A DNA stretch of 64,000 bases, taken from positions 6,633 through 70,632 of the forward strand of contig CACYWW010000003.1 of assembly GCA_902778145.1 (NCBI GenBank). The letters are read 5' to 3'. The position numbers were made by a program, and so were the translations under genes. The notes beneath the pieces are model-generated. The model did no database searches, was not told where the DNA came from, and saw only the letters and a program-made list of their open reading frames with translations. How positions within the stretch are numbered: the first letter of the stretch is position 1; every line of letters begins with the position of its first letter. Positions 9,642 through 18,705 of this stretch are shown in pieces. This stretch comes from an uncultured Ruminococcus sp. (GTDB lineage: Bacteria; Bacillota; Clostridia; Oscillospirales; CAG-272).

Positions 9642-10604
9642 TTATTCCGTGCAGACGCGCCTGCATGCCCGGAGCTTTGCGCTCCTGCTTCTCGGATTTT
9701 CTTCAAGCTCTGCTTCTCCCGGCAGTACGGGTTTCTTTGTTATTACCTTTACTTTTTCTTTTCTTCCGCATACGCAGACCGGGAACGACGGCGGGCATAC
9801 GCAGCCCTTCGCCGCGTCGTTGAACACGGTCTTGACGATCCTGTCCTCAAGCGAATGGAACGATATGACCGCGAGGACTCCGCCGGGCGCCAGTCTGTCT
9901 ATCGTCTTGCCGAGCATATCGCTCAGTCTGTCAAGCTCTCCGTTCACGGCGATCCTGATCGCCTGGAAGGACCGTTTGGCGGGGTGATGCCCGCCGTTCT
10001 TCGCCTTTTCCGGCATTGCCGATTTGATCGCGTCCGAAAGCTCGAACGTTGTTTTTATCGGCGATACGGCGCGTCTTCTGCAGATCTCAGCCGCTATACG
10101 CGGAGCGAAGCTCTCTTCGCCGTATATATATAAGATCTTTTTTATTTCCTCTTCACTGCGGCGGTTGACGATATCGTATGCCGTGAGAGGGGACGATCTG
10201 TCCATCCTCATATCGAGCGGCGCGTCCTGCATGTATGAGAAGCCGCGTTCCGCGTTATCGAGCTGGAACGAAGAAACGCCGAGATCGGCGACCGCGCCGT
10301 CAAGCTTTTCTATCCCGAGCTCATCGAGTATCTCATCTATCCTGTCATTGAAGCTGTGGACAAAAGTCACGCGGTCGGCGTACGGTGCAAGTCTTATTTT
10401 CGAAGCCTCGATCGCCGTTTCGTCCGCGTCGACGCAGATGAGTCTGCCCGTCGTCAGCCGTTTCGCTATCTGTTCGCTGTGTCCGCCGCCTCCGAGGGTG
10501 AGATCGGCGTAGATCCCGTCCTCCTTCACGCCGAGGACGGATACTGTCTCCTCAAGCAGAACGGAATAGTGAGTGAAGTCTTCCGCGCCCGTATTTTTGC
10601 TCAT
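9642..10604 (-). CDS. rsmH: 16S rRNA (cytosine1402-N4)-methyltransferase RsmH (MraW)
   Basis: 320 aa. Motifs LTLGGGGHSE and ISFHSLEDRIVK. ATGA overlap with mraZ. Confidence 0.95.
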   Translation of the reverse strand: MSKNTGAEDFTHYSVLLEETVSVLGVKEDGIYADLTLGGGGHSEQIAKRLTTGRLICVDADETAIEASKIRLAPYADRVTFVHSFNDRIDEILDELGIEKLDGAVADLGVSSFQLDNAERGFSYMQDAPLDMRMDRSSPLTAYDIVNRRSEEEIKKILYIYGEESFAPRIAAEICRRRAVSPIKTTFELSDAIKSAMPEKAKNGGHHPAKRSFQAIRIAVNGELDRLSDMLGKTIDRLAPGGVLAVISFHSLEDRIVKTVFNDAAKGCVCPPSFPVCVCGRKEKVKVITKKPVLPGEAELEENPRSRSAKLRACRRVCTE

Positions 10605-11026
10605 GTCGGTATACCGGCTTCATTGATATATCCCATGATGGCGTCCTGATCCTCCTGCTCGACGTAATGTTCGAACGTCTCGGCATCCCAGATCTCGGCG
10701 AGGGTGTTCCTGCCTATTATCACGACGTCCTTTTTGATACCGGCGTGCTCACGCAGCTTTTCGGGTATCAGAAGACGGCCGCTCGAATCGAGCTCGACCT
10801 CGTACGCGTATCTGAAGATGAAACGGCTCGATCTCGTATTCTTTTCGCCGGGGATATTCTCAAATCTTGCGCAGAACTTGTCCCACTCGGGTTTTGAGTA
10901 GAGCTTGACGCATTTGTCCTCGGTACGGGAGACGTAGAACTTGCCGACAAGCTGGTCACGGTAGCAGGCGGGTACAAACATTCTGCCTTTGTTATCCACT
11001 GTATGATTGAATTCACCCAAAAACAC
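10601..11026 (-). CDS. mraZ: Transcriptional regulator MraZ
   Basis: 141 aa. Duplicated SpoVT/AbrB-like halves (DNKGRMFVPA... and DSSGRLLIPEKLRE). GTG start with an AAGGAGGG SD 9 nt upstream. Confidence 0.93.
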   Translation of the reverse strand: MFLGEFNHTVDNKGRMFVPACYRDQLVGKFYVSRTEDKCVKLYSKPEWDKFCARFENIPGEKNTRSSRFIFRYAYEVELDSSGRLLIPEKLREHAGIKKDVVIIGRNTLAEIWDAETFEHYVEQEDQDAIMGYINEAGIPT

Positions 11027-11047
11027 GGTTTGTCACCCTCCTTTCTC

Positions 11048-11102
11048 TCCACTTCCGTGAAAGTAATCCACCTTTTCCACATAGTTCTCCACAATTATCC
11101 AC
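11048..11102 (-). promoter_or_regulatory. Five direct GTGGA repeats (candidate MraZ operator) in the mraZ leader
   Basis: TCCAC occurs on the plus strand at 11048, 11067, 11076, 11088 and 11098, all in the same orientation. Spacings are 19, 9, 12 and 10 nt. The repeats lie between the -10 element and the mraZ start. Confidence 0.55.
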
Positions 11103-11148
11103 TACTGGTTGCCGCATTAAGAACATCTGCCCCACTCGGTGTAGTTCT

Positions 11149-11176
11149 ATTATATATCACAGATAAAAAATGTCAA
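11149..11176 (-). promoter_or_regulatory. Sigma-A type promoter of the dcw operon (TTGACA-N16-TATAAT)
   Basis: The reverse complement reads ccccTTGACAttttttatctgtgataTATAATag. Both hexamers match the consensus. Confidence 0.7.
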
Positions 11177-11219
11177 GGGGTTTTTTTTGATTTACAAAAA
11201 GTTTACATTTTTCGACAAC

Positions 11220-11269
11220 AAAAAAACGCCCCTCAGGGCGTAAAAAAGCCCGGCGGACAACCGCCGGGC
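11220..11269 (-). terminator. Tandem rho-independent terminators after coaD
   Basis: On the minus strand: GCCCGGCGG-uugu-CCGCCGGGC followed by U6, then ACGCCC-cuga-GGGCGU followed by U7. Confidence 0.8.
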
Positions 11270-11286
11270 CGGATAATTCCTTGAAT

Positions 11287-11748
11287 TCACATTTTGCTTC
11301 TGATCGCCTTCGGGACGTACTGCGAGCAGTCGACGCCGTACCTGATCATCTCCCTCACCATGGTCGACGAGACGAAGGACAGCTCGGGCGAGGCGGGCAG
11401 CAGGATAGTCTCGATATCGGGATCGAGCTCGCGGTTGATCAGCGCCTGCTCGTATTCATCCTCGAAATTGAGACCGCTGCGGCAGCCCTTGACGATGACG
11501 TCGCATCCGTTTTCCTTTGCGTACGCTGTGACGAGCGAGTTCGACACGTCGGCGGAGACGTTGTCGTAGCCGTCCGCCACGGCGATCAGGAATTCGAGAC
11601 GTTCGTCCTCCGTGAACATGTAACTCTTGTTTGCGTTGATGAACGCGCAGACGATCACCTCGTCGAAAAGCGACGACGCGCGCGCGATGATATCCTCGTG
11701 CCCTACCGTCACGGGGTCGAAGCTTCCGGGAACAAGTGCTCTTTTCAT
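11287..11748 (-). CDS. coaD: Phosphopantetheine adenylyltransferase CoaD
   Basis: 153 aa. Nucleotidyltransferase signature PGSFDPVTVGHEDII. Confidence 0.93.
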   Translation of the reverse strand: MKRALVPGSFDPVTVGHEDIIARASSLFDEVIVCAFINANKSYMFTEDERLEFLIAVADGYDNVSADVSNSLVTAYAKENGCDVIVKGCRSGLNFEDEYEQALINRELDPDIETILLPASPELSFVSSTMVREMIRYGVDCSQYVPKAIRSKM

Positions 11749-11784
11749 ACTGTGACTTTTCCTTTCTTCACATCCGGATGACGT

Positions 11785-12369
11785 TCAGTCCTCCGGATCC
11801 GTCTCCTTTGATTTCGGCGTCAGCTTATAGAAATATATCCTTCCGGATTTATAGACCTTTGAAACGTCGTAAAGAGATGAAAGCGACGGCTCCTCTTCAA
11901 AAAGCGAATCCTTTTCCCATTCCGCGCAGACGATCGCCGTATCCGACAGGACGTTCGCCTCATAAAGCAGCTTCAGTGCGGGAGCGAGAAGCCCCGAGGC
12001 GTACGGCGGATCGAGGAATACTATGTCGAACACGGCGCCTGAGCGCTTCGCCGTTCTCAGGTATTCCGCGTGATCCGTGTTGACGATGCGGCAATTTTTA
12101 TAAAGATGTGTTTTCTGTGCGTTTGACTTGATGATCCCGAACGCCTCGGGCGAGCGGTCAACGAAAACACAGTGCTCCGCCCCGCGTGAGAGCGCCTCGA
12201 GTCCGAGCTGTCCACTGCCGGCGAACAGGTCGAGTACGCGTCTGCCCTCTATATCGAACTGTATCGCCGAAAAGATCACTTCTTTTGCTCTCTGCAGCGT
12301 CGGGCGCGTCGCCTCGCCCTCGAGCGTCGCGAGCTTTGTCCCTCTTGCCGTACCTGTGATTATATTCAT
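11785..12369 (-). CDS. rsmD: 16S rRNA (guanine966-N2)-methyltransferase RsmD
   Basis: 194 aa. SAM motif VLDLFAGSGQLGLEALSRGA and FLDPPY. Classic rsmD-coaD pairing. Confidence 0.88.
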   Translation of the reverse strand: MNIITGTARGTKLATLEGEATRPTLQRAKEVIFSAIQFDIEGRRVLDLFAGSGQLGLEALSRGAEHCVFVDRSPEAFGIIKSNAQKTHLYKNCRIVNTDHAEYLRTAKRSGAVFDIVFLDPPYASGLLAPALKLLYEANVLSDTAIVCAEWEKDSLFEEEPSLSSLYDVSKVYKSGRIYFYKLTPKSKETDPED

Positions 12370-14198
12370 TCCGTTTTTCCCTCTTTAAAATGTTCGATGA
12401 TGTTTTTTGCAATCCCGTCAGTTATGCCGGGCAGCGCGGTAAGCTCCTCAAGCGTCGCTTCCTTTACCGCGCGGAGCGAGCCGAGGCGCGAAAGCAGAAG
12501 CTTTGCCTTCGCCGGTCCGATCCCGGGGATCTTTTCGAGCGAGGACGTCTTCAGTGTTTTGCGCTTTGCCTGACTCATGCGTGTTATCGCAAAACGGTGG
12601 ACTTCCTCCTGTATCCTGTAAATGAACATGAAAAGCTGTCTGTCGTGCGAGATATCGACGTCTCTCTCGTCGTCGCACAGGGCTCTCGTCTTGTGGTAAT
12701 CGTCCTTGACCATGCCGAACACCGGCAGATCGACGCCCTCTTCCTCAAGCACCGCGCGTACGGCGGCGACGTGAGTTTTACCGCCGTCCAGAAGGATGAG
12801 ATCTGGAAGCATCGGAAACGCGGGTGATTTTTTCACCGTGGTGTTTCTGATCCTGCGCCTGATCGTCTCGCGCATAGACGCGTAATCGTCCTCGTATTCC
12901 GTGCTTTTGATGTTAAACACGCGGTAATCGGATTTCTTAAATTTCGTACCGTCGAGCACGATCATCCCGGCGGTTATGTTGTCGTTGCCGAAATTGGAGA
13001 TATCGTACGATTCTATCCTGTCCGGTACAACTTCGAGCCTCAGCACCTGCGCGAGACGCCCGAGTATCTGCGTTTCTTTATCGTTGCTTTCACGCAAGAG
13101 CTTTGCGCGGTACGCGGCGTTTTCCTTCGCCATAGCGCAAAGCGCCCTGTATTTTCCGCGCTGCGTGACCCTGACCTCGACCTTTTTTCCGGAAAGCTTC
13201 GAAAGATGATCCGAAAGCGCCTCGGCCTCGGACGGCGGCAGCTCATCCGAGACGAGTATCTCCTTCGGCGCCTCGCGGACGTCGTAGACGGACGCGATAA
13301 AAGACGAAAGCTCCTCGCTTCCTATGTGGCCGCCCGTGAATTCATGCGCTTCCGTATCCGTTATCATGCCGGACCGGATGAAGAAGAACGATATCACCGT
13401 AATCGCATCGTCGGAATATATACCGACGGCGTCAAGCGAGGTGTCGGGTGAGGAGACGACCTTCTGTTTGTCGAACAAGGCTTTGAGCGCGTTTATCCTG
13501 TCGCGGTAATTCGCGGCAAGCTCGAAATTCAGATCGTCTGATGCCTGCTCCATCAGGGACGTCAGCCGTTTTATCTCGTCGGTGCCCGTGCCCTTGAGTA
13601 TGTTCTCCGCGCTTCTGACGTATTCGCCGTATTGCTCCGCCGAAAGCTCTCCCGTGCACGGGGCGCAGCATCTGCCGATCTGGCGGTAGATACACGGCCG
13701 CGTTCTGCCGATATCCTTCGGGAAAGTTTTGCCGCACGTCGGCAGAGTCGCCGCCTGACTTACGGAGCGGATTATGCCTCGGCAGGTCGCCGAGCTCGTA
13801 TACGGGCCGAAATACTGCCCGCCGTCCTGCTCGCGCTTCCGCACGGTGATCAGGCGCGGGAATTCCTCACGCGTGATCTTTATATACGGATAATTCTTAT
13901 CATCCTTCAGCTTTATGTTGTATCTCGGCTCGAACTGCTTGATCTTGACGTTTTCGAGCGCGAGCGCCTCTGTCTCCGTGTCGCACAGGATATAGTCGAA
14001 ATCATAGACGTTCTCGACCATACGCGCCGTCTTCGCGTTCTTGGCGGAGCCTGAAAAATACTGTGACACACGGTTCTTCAGCGACGCGGATTTTCCGACG
14101 TATATGACGTCTCCGCGGCTGTTTTTCATAATATAGACGCCCGGAGTCAGAGGCAGACGGAGCGCCTTTTTTCTCAGATATTCTATTCTGTCGTTCAT
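12366..14198 (-). CDS. uvrC: Excinuclease ABC subunit C UvrC
   Basis: 610 aa. N-terminal GIY-YIG domain (PGVYIMKNSRGDVIYVGKS...LKNRVSQYF) and C-terminal HhH (IPGIGPAKAKLLL). Confidence 0.95.
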   Translation of the reverse strand: MNDRIEYLRKKALRLPLTPGVYIMKNSRGDVIYVGKSASLKNRVSQYFSGSAKNAKTARMVENVYDFDYILCDTETEALALENVKIKQFEPRYNIKLKDDKNYPYIKITREEFPRLITVRKREQDGGQYFGPYTSSATCRGIIRSVSQAATLPTCGKTFPKDIGRTRPCIYRQIGRCCAPCTGELSAEQYGEYVRSAENILKGTGTDEIKRLTSLMEQASDDLNFELAANYRDRINALKALFDKQKVVSSPDTSLDAVGIYSDDAITVISFFFIRSGMITDTEAHEFTGGHIGSEELSSFIASVYDVREAPKEILVSDELPPSEAEALSDHLSKLSGKKVEVRVTQRGKYRALCAMAKENAAYRAKLLRESNDKETQILGRLAQVLRLEVVPDRIESYDISNFGNDNITAGMIVLDGTKFKKSDYRVFNIKSTEYEDDYASMRETIRRRIRNTTVKKSPAFPMLPDLILLDGGKTHVAAVRAVLEEEGVDLPVFGMVKDDYHKTRALCDDERDVDISHDRQLFMFIYRIQEEVHRFAITRMSQAKRKTLKTSSLEKIPGIGPAKAKLLLSRLGSLRAVKEATLEELTALPGITDGIAKNIIEHFKEGKTE

Positions 14199-14204
14199 AC
14201 CAAC

Positions 14205-14253
14205 AAAAAAGCGGATAAAATACCCTGTCCGTCCGGGCAGGTATATTATCCGC
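14205..14253 (-). terminator. Rho-independent terminator after ptsH
   Basis: Minus strand: GCGGAUAA...inner stem...UUAUCCGC followed by U6. It ends 7 nt before the uvrC ATG. Confidence 0.75.
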
Positions 14254-14271
14254 TCTGTTCTCAGGATCAGA

Positions 14272-14535
14272 TCAGTCGGTGAGACCTGTTTCTATAAGCT
14301 CTTCAAGACCGTTGAGCGCGTCTATCTCGTCAACTCCGTCTGCTATGAGCGTGATCTCGGTATCCTTCGTTATGCCGAGAGAAAGGACGCCCAGAAGACT
14401 CTTGGCGTTGACGCGCCTGTCACCCTTTTCGACCCAAATGGAGCTCTTGAAGGAGTTGGCCTTCTGAATAAAGAACGTAGCGGGACGTGCGTGGAGTCCT
14501 ACCGGTATTCTGACAGTCACATTGCGATAAATCAT
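14272..14535 (-). CDS. ptsH: Phosphocarrier protein HPr
   Basis: 87 aa. His15 context GLHARPA and Ser46 context VNAKSLLGVLSLG. Confidence 0.93.
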   Translation of the reverse strand: MIYRNVTVRIPVGLHARPATFFIQKANSFKSSIWVEKGDRRVNAKSLLGVLSLGITKDTEITLIADGVDEIDALNGLEELIETGLTD

Positions 14536-14579
14536 TTATTTTCTCCTTAATATCGAAAAACACCCTTGATATCATATGA

Positions 14580-14608
14580 ATTATACCAAAACGCGAAAGT
14601 AAAATCAA
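14580..14608 (-). promoter_or_regulatory. Sigma-A type promoter of ptsH (TTGATT-N17-TATAAT, TGn extended -10)
   Basis: The reverse complement reads TTGATTttactttcgcgttttggTATAAT. Confidence 0.6.
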
Positions 14609-14690
14609 TGGTAATTGTGCATAATTTTTGTTCTCCGCCGCTTTGTCTTGTATAGTATTTTGACATAAAACACGGCTTTGACCGGGAGTT

Positions 14691-15104
14691 TCAGCGTTTT
14701 TCGATAAAATCTGTTATCTCCGCCGAAAGTCTGATATCCTTGCCCTCAAGCTCCAGTATGTCGGCCTTGTGGTAAAATTTTCCGCCGCTTTCAAAGCCGG
14801 ATTCAGTTATCCTGCCCTTCATCACAAGCTCTCCGTACAGCACGGGTGCGCCGTCCTCCGTTTTTATCCAGTAGCCCTCGAGCAGTCTGAGCGTGACGCC
14901 CGCCGATTCTTTGAATTCGGTGCCCGCGGTGATCTTCTCAAGCGTTTCCGCGTCCGTCTTCGCCGTGAACTGTATCCTGTATTCCTTATCCGATACGGAC
15001 GGCAGAAGCGGCAGTCTGAAGGCTCTTATGACTATGCCCGCGGCGCAAAGAACGAGGATGAGGATAAGCATGATATCCGCGGCGTTAAGTTTTTTATTTT
15101 TCAT
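14691..15104 (-). CDS. Membrane-anchored hypothetical protein (DUF4330-like, paralog 2)
   Basis: 137 aa. N-terminal KLNAADIMLILILVLCAAGIV anchor and a beta-rich ectodomain. 11-nt overlap with the upstream paralog. The family name is from memory of the N-terminal signature and is unverified. Confidence 0.6.
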   Translation of the reverse strand: MKNKKLNAADIMLILILVLCAAGIVIRAFRLPLLPSVSDKEYRIQFTAKTDAETLEKITAGTEFKESAGVTLRLLEGYWIKTEDGAPVLYGELVMKGRITESGFESGGKFYHKADILELEGKDIRLSAEITDFIEKR

Positions 15105-15474
15105 TTGCGACCTCCGTTATCCTGTGAAGAATCCCCGTGAGCTTCTTTTCCCCGCACGACAGCTCGTATTTGCCGCCGTCACGCAGAAGGACGTTCTCCG
15201 AAAAATACATTCCGTGATGATACTCCGCCTCCGTCATGAACTCGACGTATCCGTCACCCGAGGTGACGACGGTGCCGAGGACTCCGCCGTCCCCGACGAC
15301 CGCGGTATCCGACGGAGAAAACGAAAGCGCGTCCCCTTCCGTCACGGCGACCGTGAAGGTGACCGTCCGTGTTTCGCCCCGCGGCGTCGCAAGAAAGATC
15401 AGGATGCAGGCGGCAGCCGCGAAGAACAGGATCATCAGAAGATCGTATGCGTTGACAAAAGCTTTTTTCCGCAT
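15094..15474 (-). CDS. Membrane-anchored hypothetical protein (DUF4330-like, paralog 1)
   Basis: The start was moved to the ATG at 15474 (MRKKAFVNAYDLLMILFF...), which has an AGGAGG SD 6 nt upstream. The gap to the preceding stop is 1 nt. Same architecture as the downstream gene. Confidence 0.6.
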   Translation of the reverse strand: MRKKAFVNAYDLLMILFFAAAACILIFLATPRGETRTVTFTVAVTEGDALSFSPSDTAVVGDGGVLGTVVTSGDGYVEFMTEAEYHHGMYFSENVLLRDGGKYELSCGEKKLTGILHRITEVANEK

Positions 15475-15475
15475 C

Positions 15476-17347
15476 TCACACCTCCTGACTCTCAAGCACG
15501 GATACGGCGTAATCGTGTTCGCGCCGACAGATCTCCGAGGACGCGGCGCATATGCCCATCATCGCGAGCATCAGCATACAGATCACGGGAGATCCGAAAA
15601 TATTCTCGGTCAGCCCATAGAGCGCCGCGGACATGACCGCCGCGAGCGGGGCGTATATGTTCGCCTTGTTCGCTGTCCTGCCGCATTTCAATATACACGT
15701 GAGGCAGAACGAGACCGTGAGGCAAAGCGCGGCGGCGAACATGACGGAAAGCATTATGCCGCCCTCCGCCGCAAGCTCCAGATAAACGCTTTTCGCGCCG
15801 TTCTGAGTCGTAAATCCCTGCAAGGCGCAGATCGGATAAACGCTCTTGAAGGAGCCGATACCGCTCCCCCCGAGCGGAGATCTCGCTATCATTTTAACGA
15901 CTCCGCGCCATACTCCGCCGATGAGCGCGTTTTCACCGTAGAGCGCGGCGAAAAACGCGTCGTAAGCCTTGCCGGGGATTAACAGGCACGCGAGCGTCAC
16001 GACCGGCGCCGATACGGCGGCGACAGAAACGAAGCGTCTGTTATAGACGGAAAGGACGATAAACGTCGCGACGGCACAGGAGATGACCGCGTAGATCCTG
16101 CCGGTCAGACAGAGCGCGGCGAAGGACGCGGCGTACGCGATATAATAACCGGCTTTTCTCTGTGCACTGTTGAGCCCGAAGAAAAGCAGCAGAGGCGACG
16201 TGAGAAGCAGATAAACGGCGAGAGCCTGAGACGAGCTGAAGAAAACGCTCATCTCGCCGCCGGCCCCGGCAAACAGGGAATGCGCGGCGATCATCTGCGC
16301 GGGTGTCCCGCAGAAATGGAACAGTAGCCCGAAGAAGCTGACGGCGGCGGACGACAACGCGACCGCATGGAGCGCGCGTTCGAGCCATTCACGCTTACAG
16401 AGCAGATTGCGGCATATGAAATACGCCGCGGCGGCGATCAGGTAAAGCGAATCCGCGCTCTTCACTCCCTTCACGGTAATTAGCTTTCCGAAGAGGATCA
16501 GCCCGGACATGATCATAACAGCCAGATCGAGCGGCCCCGCCCGCAGTTCGCGTTTTCTTCTCACGGTCTTCAGGACATACGACGCGCAGGTGACAGAGCA
16601 CATGACGAGCACCTCACGCAGAGGCAGGAACGGTATGACCGTGAGTGTGAGGATAGCACCGGCTTCCGGTGTGAAGAACACCACGCAAAGGATCACAAGA
16701 CATATTATGAGCAAAAGCACTCTGTGCGGCGGAAAAACGAACGCGAGCACCCCGGTCAGCATGCCGAGAAGGAGCGAAAGGCTCGCGTTTTTGATACGGA
16801 CCTCACCGCCGCTCAGCCTGTTTCTGTCCGCGCCGAGCAGGTCGAACACGAGAAACGACAGTACAGATCTTCTGTTTACCGTGTCACAGAGCGATCTTTT
16901 CGAGAAGAAGAACAGCGAGAGCAGCATCATCCCGATACCGCCGTAAAGCACTATATCATCAAGATCGCGGCTGACGAGAGCGAATTTTATGATGATATAC
17001 TCCATCACCGCGTAAAGTCCGGAAGCGAAAAGATATATACCGATATCCGCGGTCCTGACGTACATCAGGTCCGAGAGAAACGACGTCGTCCTGTTTTTGA
17101 GCGGGCTGTCGGTGAACACGCGGCAGATACCGTCTCTCAGGGATCCGACCGCGTTTCCGACCGGGCCGCGGCGCCGTATAAGCCCCGCGCTGAAGGACGA
17201 GGCGAGTTTTTTCTCAGCGGAAAAATAGCCGCAGAACAGTCTTGCGATAAGACTGCCGCGCGCTTTTTCAGCCATTTTATCGGCAAACGCGTTGAACATC
17301 CTGACGAATGAACTTCGTTTAGCCGCGTTTCTTCCCTTTTCCGCCAC
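15476..17347 (-). CDS. O-antigen ligase/polymerase-like polytopic membrane protein
   Basis: 623 aa with at least 10 predicted TM segments. Loop motif SPLGGSGIGSF resembles Wzy_C/O-antigen-ligase proteins. GTG start with a GGAGAGGA SD. Overlaps the trmD 3' end by 29 nt. Confidence 0.6.
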   Translation of the reverse strand: MAEKGRNAAKRSSFVRMFNAFADKMAEKARGSLIARLFCGYFSAEKKLASSFSAGLIRRRGPVGNAVGSLRDGICRVFTDSPLKNRTTSFLSDLMYVRTADIGIYLFASGLYAVMEYIIIKFALVSRDLDDIVLYGGIGMMLLSLFFFSKRSLCDTVNRRSVLSFLVFDLLGADRNRLSGGEVRIKNASLSLLLGMLTGVLAFVFPPHRVLLLIICLVILCVVFFTPEAGAILTLTVIPFLPLREVLVMCSVTCASYVLKTVRRKRELRAGPLDLAVMIMSGLILFGKLITVKGVKSADSLYLIAAAAYFICRNLLCKREWLERALHAVALSSAAVSFFGLLFHFCGTPAQMIAAHSLFAGAGGEMSVFFSSSQALAVYLLLTSPLLLFFGLNSAQRKAGYYIAYAASFAALCLTGRIYAVISCAVATFIVLSVYNRRFVSVAAVSAPVVTLACLLIPGKAYDAFFAALYGENALIGGVWRGVVKMIARSPLGGSGIGSFKSVYPICALQGFTTQNGAKSVYLELAAEGGIMLSVMFAAALCLTVSFCLTCILKCGRTANKANIYAPLAAVMSAALYGLTENIFGSPVICMLMLAMMGICAASSEICRREHDYAVSVLESQEV

Positions 17348-18050
17348 TTTTTTCCTCTCCGTCGGCGTCCTTGAGCAGATCCGGGCGAAGCTCCCGCGTC
17401 AGCTCAAGAGACCTTTCGTATCTCCATTTCGATATATTTCCGTGGTGACCGGACAAGAGTACGTCCGGCACCTTTTTGCCCTTGTATTCATAAGGCCTCG
17501 TATACTGCGGATATTCAAGCAGCCCGGAGGCTATGCTCTCGTCCTCATAGCAGGACGGATCCGGCAGCACTCCCGGGATCAGACGTGAAACGCAGTCCAC
17601 AAGGATGCACGCGGGAAGCTCTCCGCCGGTGAGCACATAGTCGCCGATCGAGATCTGCTCGTCCGCGACCTCTTCTATCGCCCTCTCGTCAATGCCCTCA
17701 TAGTGTCCGCAGAGTATGATCAGGTCGTCGTAGCGCGAGAGCCTAACGGCGGTACCGTGATCGAGGATCCTCCCCTTCGGGCTGACGTAGACGGTCCTGC
17801 GCGAGTTCCCTATCGGTATCCCGTACAGGACGGCGTTGTGACATTCACATACCGGAGGCGCCGCCATCACCATGCCCATACCCCCGCCGTACGGGGTATC
17901 GTCCACTTTGTTATGCTTGTTGTTGGCGTGGTCGCGGATATCGTATTCCTTCACGGTGATGAAGCCCGCCTCGCGCGCTCTGCCGATTATGCTCTCGGAA
18001 AGGACCGCCTCGACCATGCCGGGGAACAGCGTCATTATATGGAAATTCAT
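17319..18050 (-). CDS. trmD: tRNA (guanine37-N1)-methyltransferase TrmD
   Basis: 243 aa. Motifs MTLFPGM... and CGHYEGIDERA. ATGA overlap with rimM. Confidence 0.95.
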   Translation of the reverse strand: MNFHIMTLFPGMVEAVLSESIIGRAREAGFITVKEYDIRDHANNKHNKVDDTPYGGGMGMVMAAPPVCECHNAVLYGIPIGNSRRTVYVSPKGRILDHGTAVRLSRYDDLIILCGHYEGIDERAIEEVADEQISIGDYVLTGGELPACILVDCVSRLIPGVLPDPSCYEDESIASGLLEYPQYTRPYEYKGKKVPDVLLSGHHGNISKWRYERSLELTRELRPDLLKDADGEEKSGGKGKKRG

Positions 18051-18547
18051 TCGAACATGCCCTCAATGGGTTTTATATATATCGCGTCCTCCGTGAGTTT
18101 TTTCACAAACTGAGGCACGTCCGGCACCTGTGCGACGCCCGACTCTGTCCTTACCATGTATATATCCGACGCCGGGTATTCCTCAACGCTTTCAAGTATC
18201 CCGTACCGCGTCCCGTCGTCCGCGTCGAGCACGGGCAGACCTATAAGATCGCTTATGAGGATTCTGTCCTCCGGGATATCGAGATCGGCGCGGTCGACGT
18301 AGAACGTCGTACCCTTGAGCCTCGCCGCGTCCTCCACGGTATCGATTCCGTCAAGCTTAACGACTGCGGAACTCTTGCTGCCGCGGCTCGATGTGACGGT
18401 GTATTTTTTTTCGCCGTTTTCATCGGCGTAAAGCGTTTTGATCCTTGTGAAACCGGAGATGTCGTCACACCAGACGACCATCTTCACCTCGCCTCTGACG
18501 CCGTGCGTTCCGGAGACGTATCCCTGTTCGATATACTTCTTTTTCAA
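18047..18547 (-). CDS. rimM: Ribosome maturation factor RimM
   Basis: 166 aa. GTHGVRGEVK motif. TTG start with a GAGGA SD 7 nt upstream. Confidence 0.9.
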   Translation of the reverse strand: MKKKYIEQGYVSGTHGVRGEVKMVVWCDDISGFTRIKTLYADENGEKKYTVTSSRGSKSSAVVKLDGIDTVEDAARLKGTTFYVDRADLDIPEDRILISDLIGLPVLDADDGTRYGILESVEEYPASDIYMVRTESGVAQVPDVPQFVKKLTEDAIYIKPIEGMFE

Positions 18548-18627
18548 TCATCCATCCTCAACGTGAAGCTATTTGCCGGGCGTGTCCGCAAAAGCGTATC
18601 GGCGTGATCCGACAATAATTCTTTTAT

Positions 18628-18656
18628 ATCATACCATACTTTTTTTCGAATTTCAA
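18628..18656 (-). promoter_or_regulatory. Sigma-A type promoter of rimM (TTGAAA-N17-TATGAT, TGn extended)
   Basis: The reverse complement reads cTTGAAAttcgaaaaaaagtatggTATGATa. Confidence 0.55.
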
Positions 18657-18705
18657 GACGTCGTGAAAAAATATTTGCAAAAAGAGAATTTTTAACGGCA
18701 AACGT

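Noticed and set aside
11048-11103. Cluster of DnaA-box-like 9-mers (TTATCCACT, TTCTCCACA, TTTTCCACA) that might indicate an origin or DnaA regulation
   Set aside because: All copies are in one orientation with roughly 10-nt phasing inside the mraZ leader, which fits the MraZ direct-repeat operator better. There is no AT-rich unwinding element and no dnaA or dnaN context.
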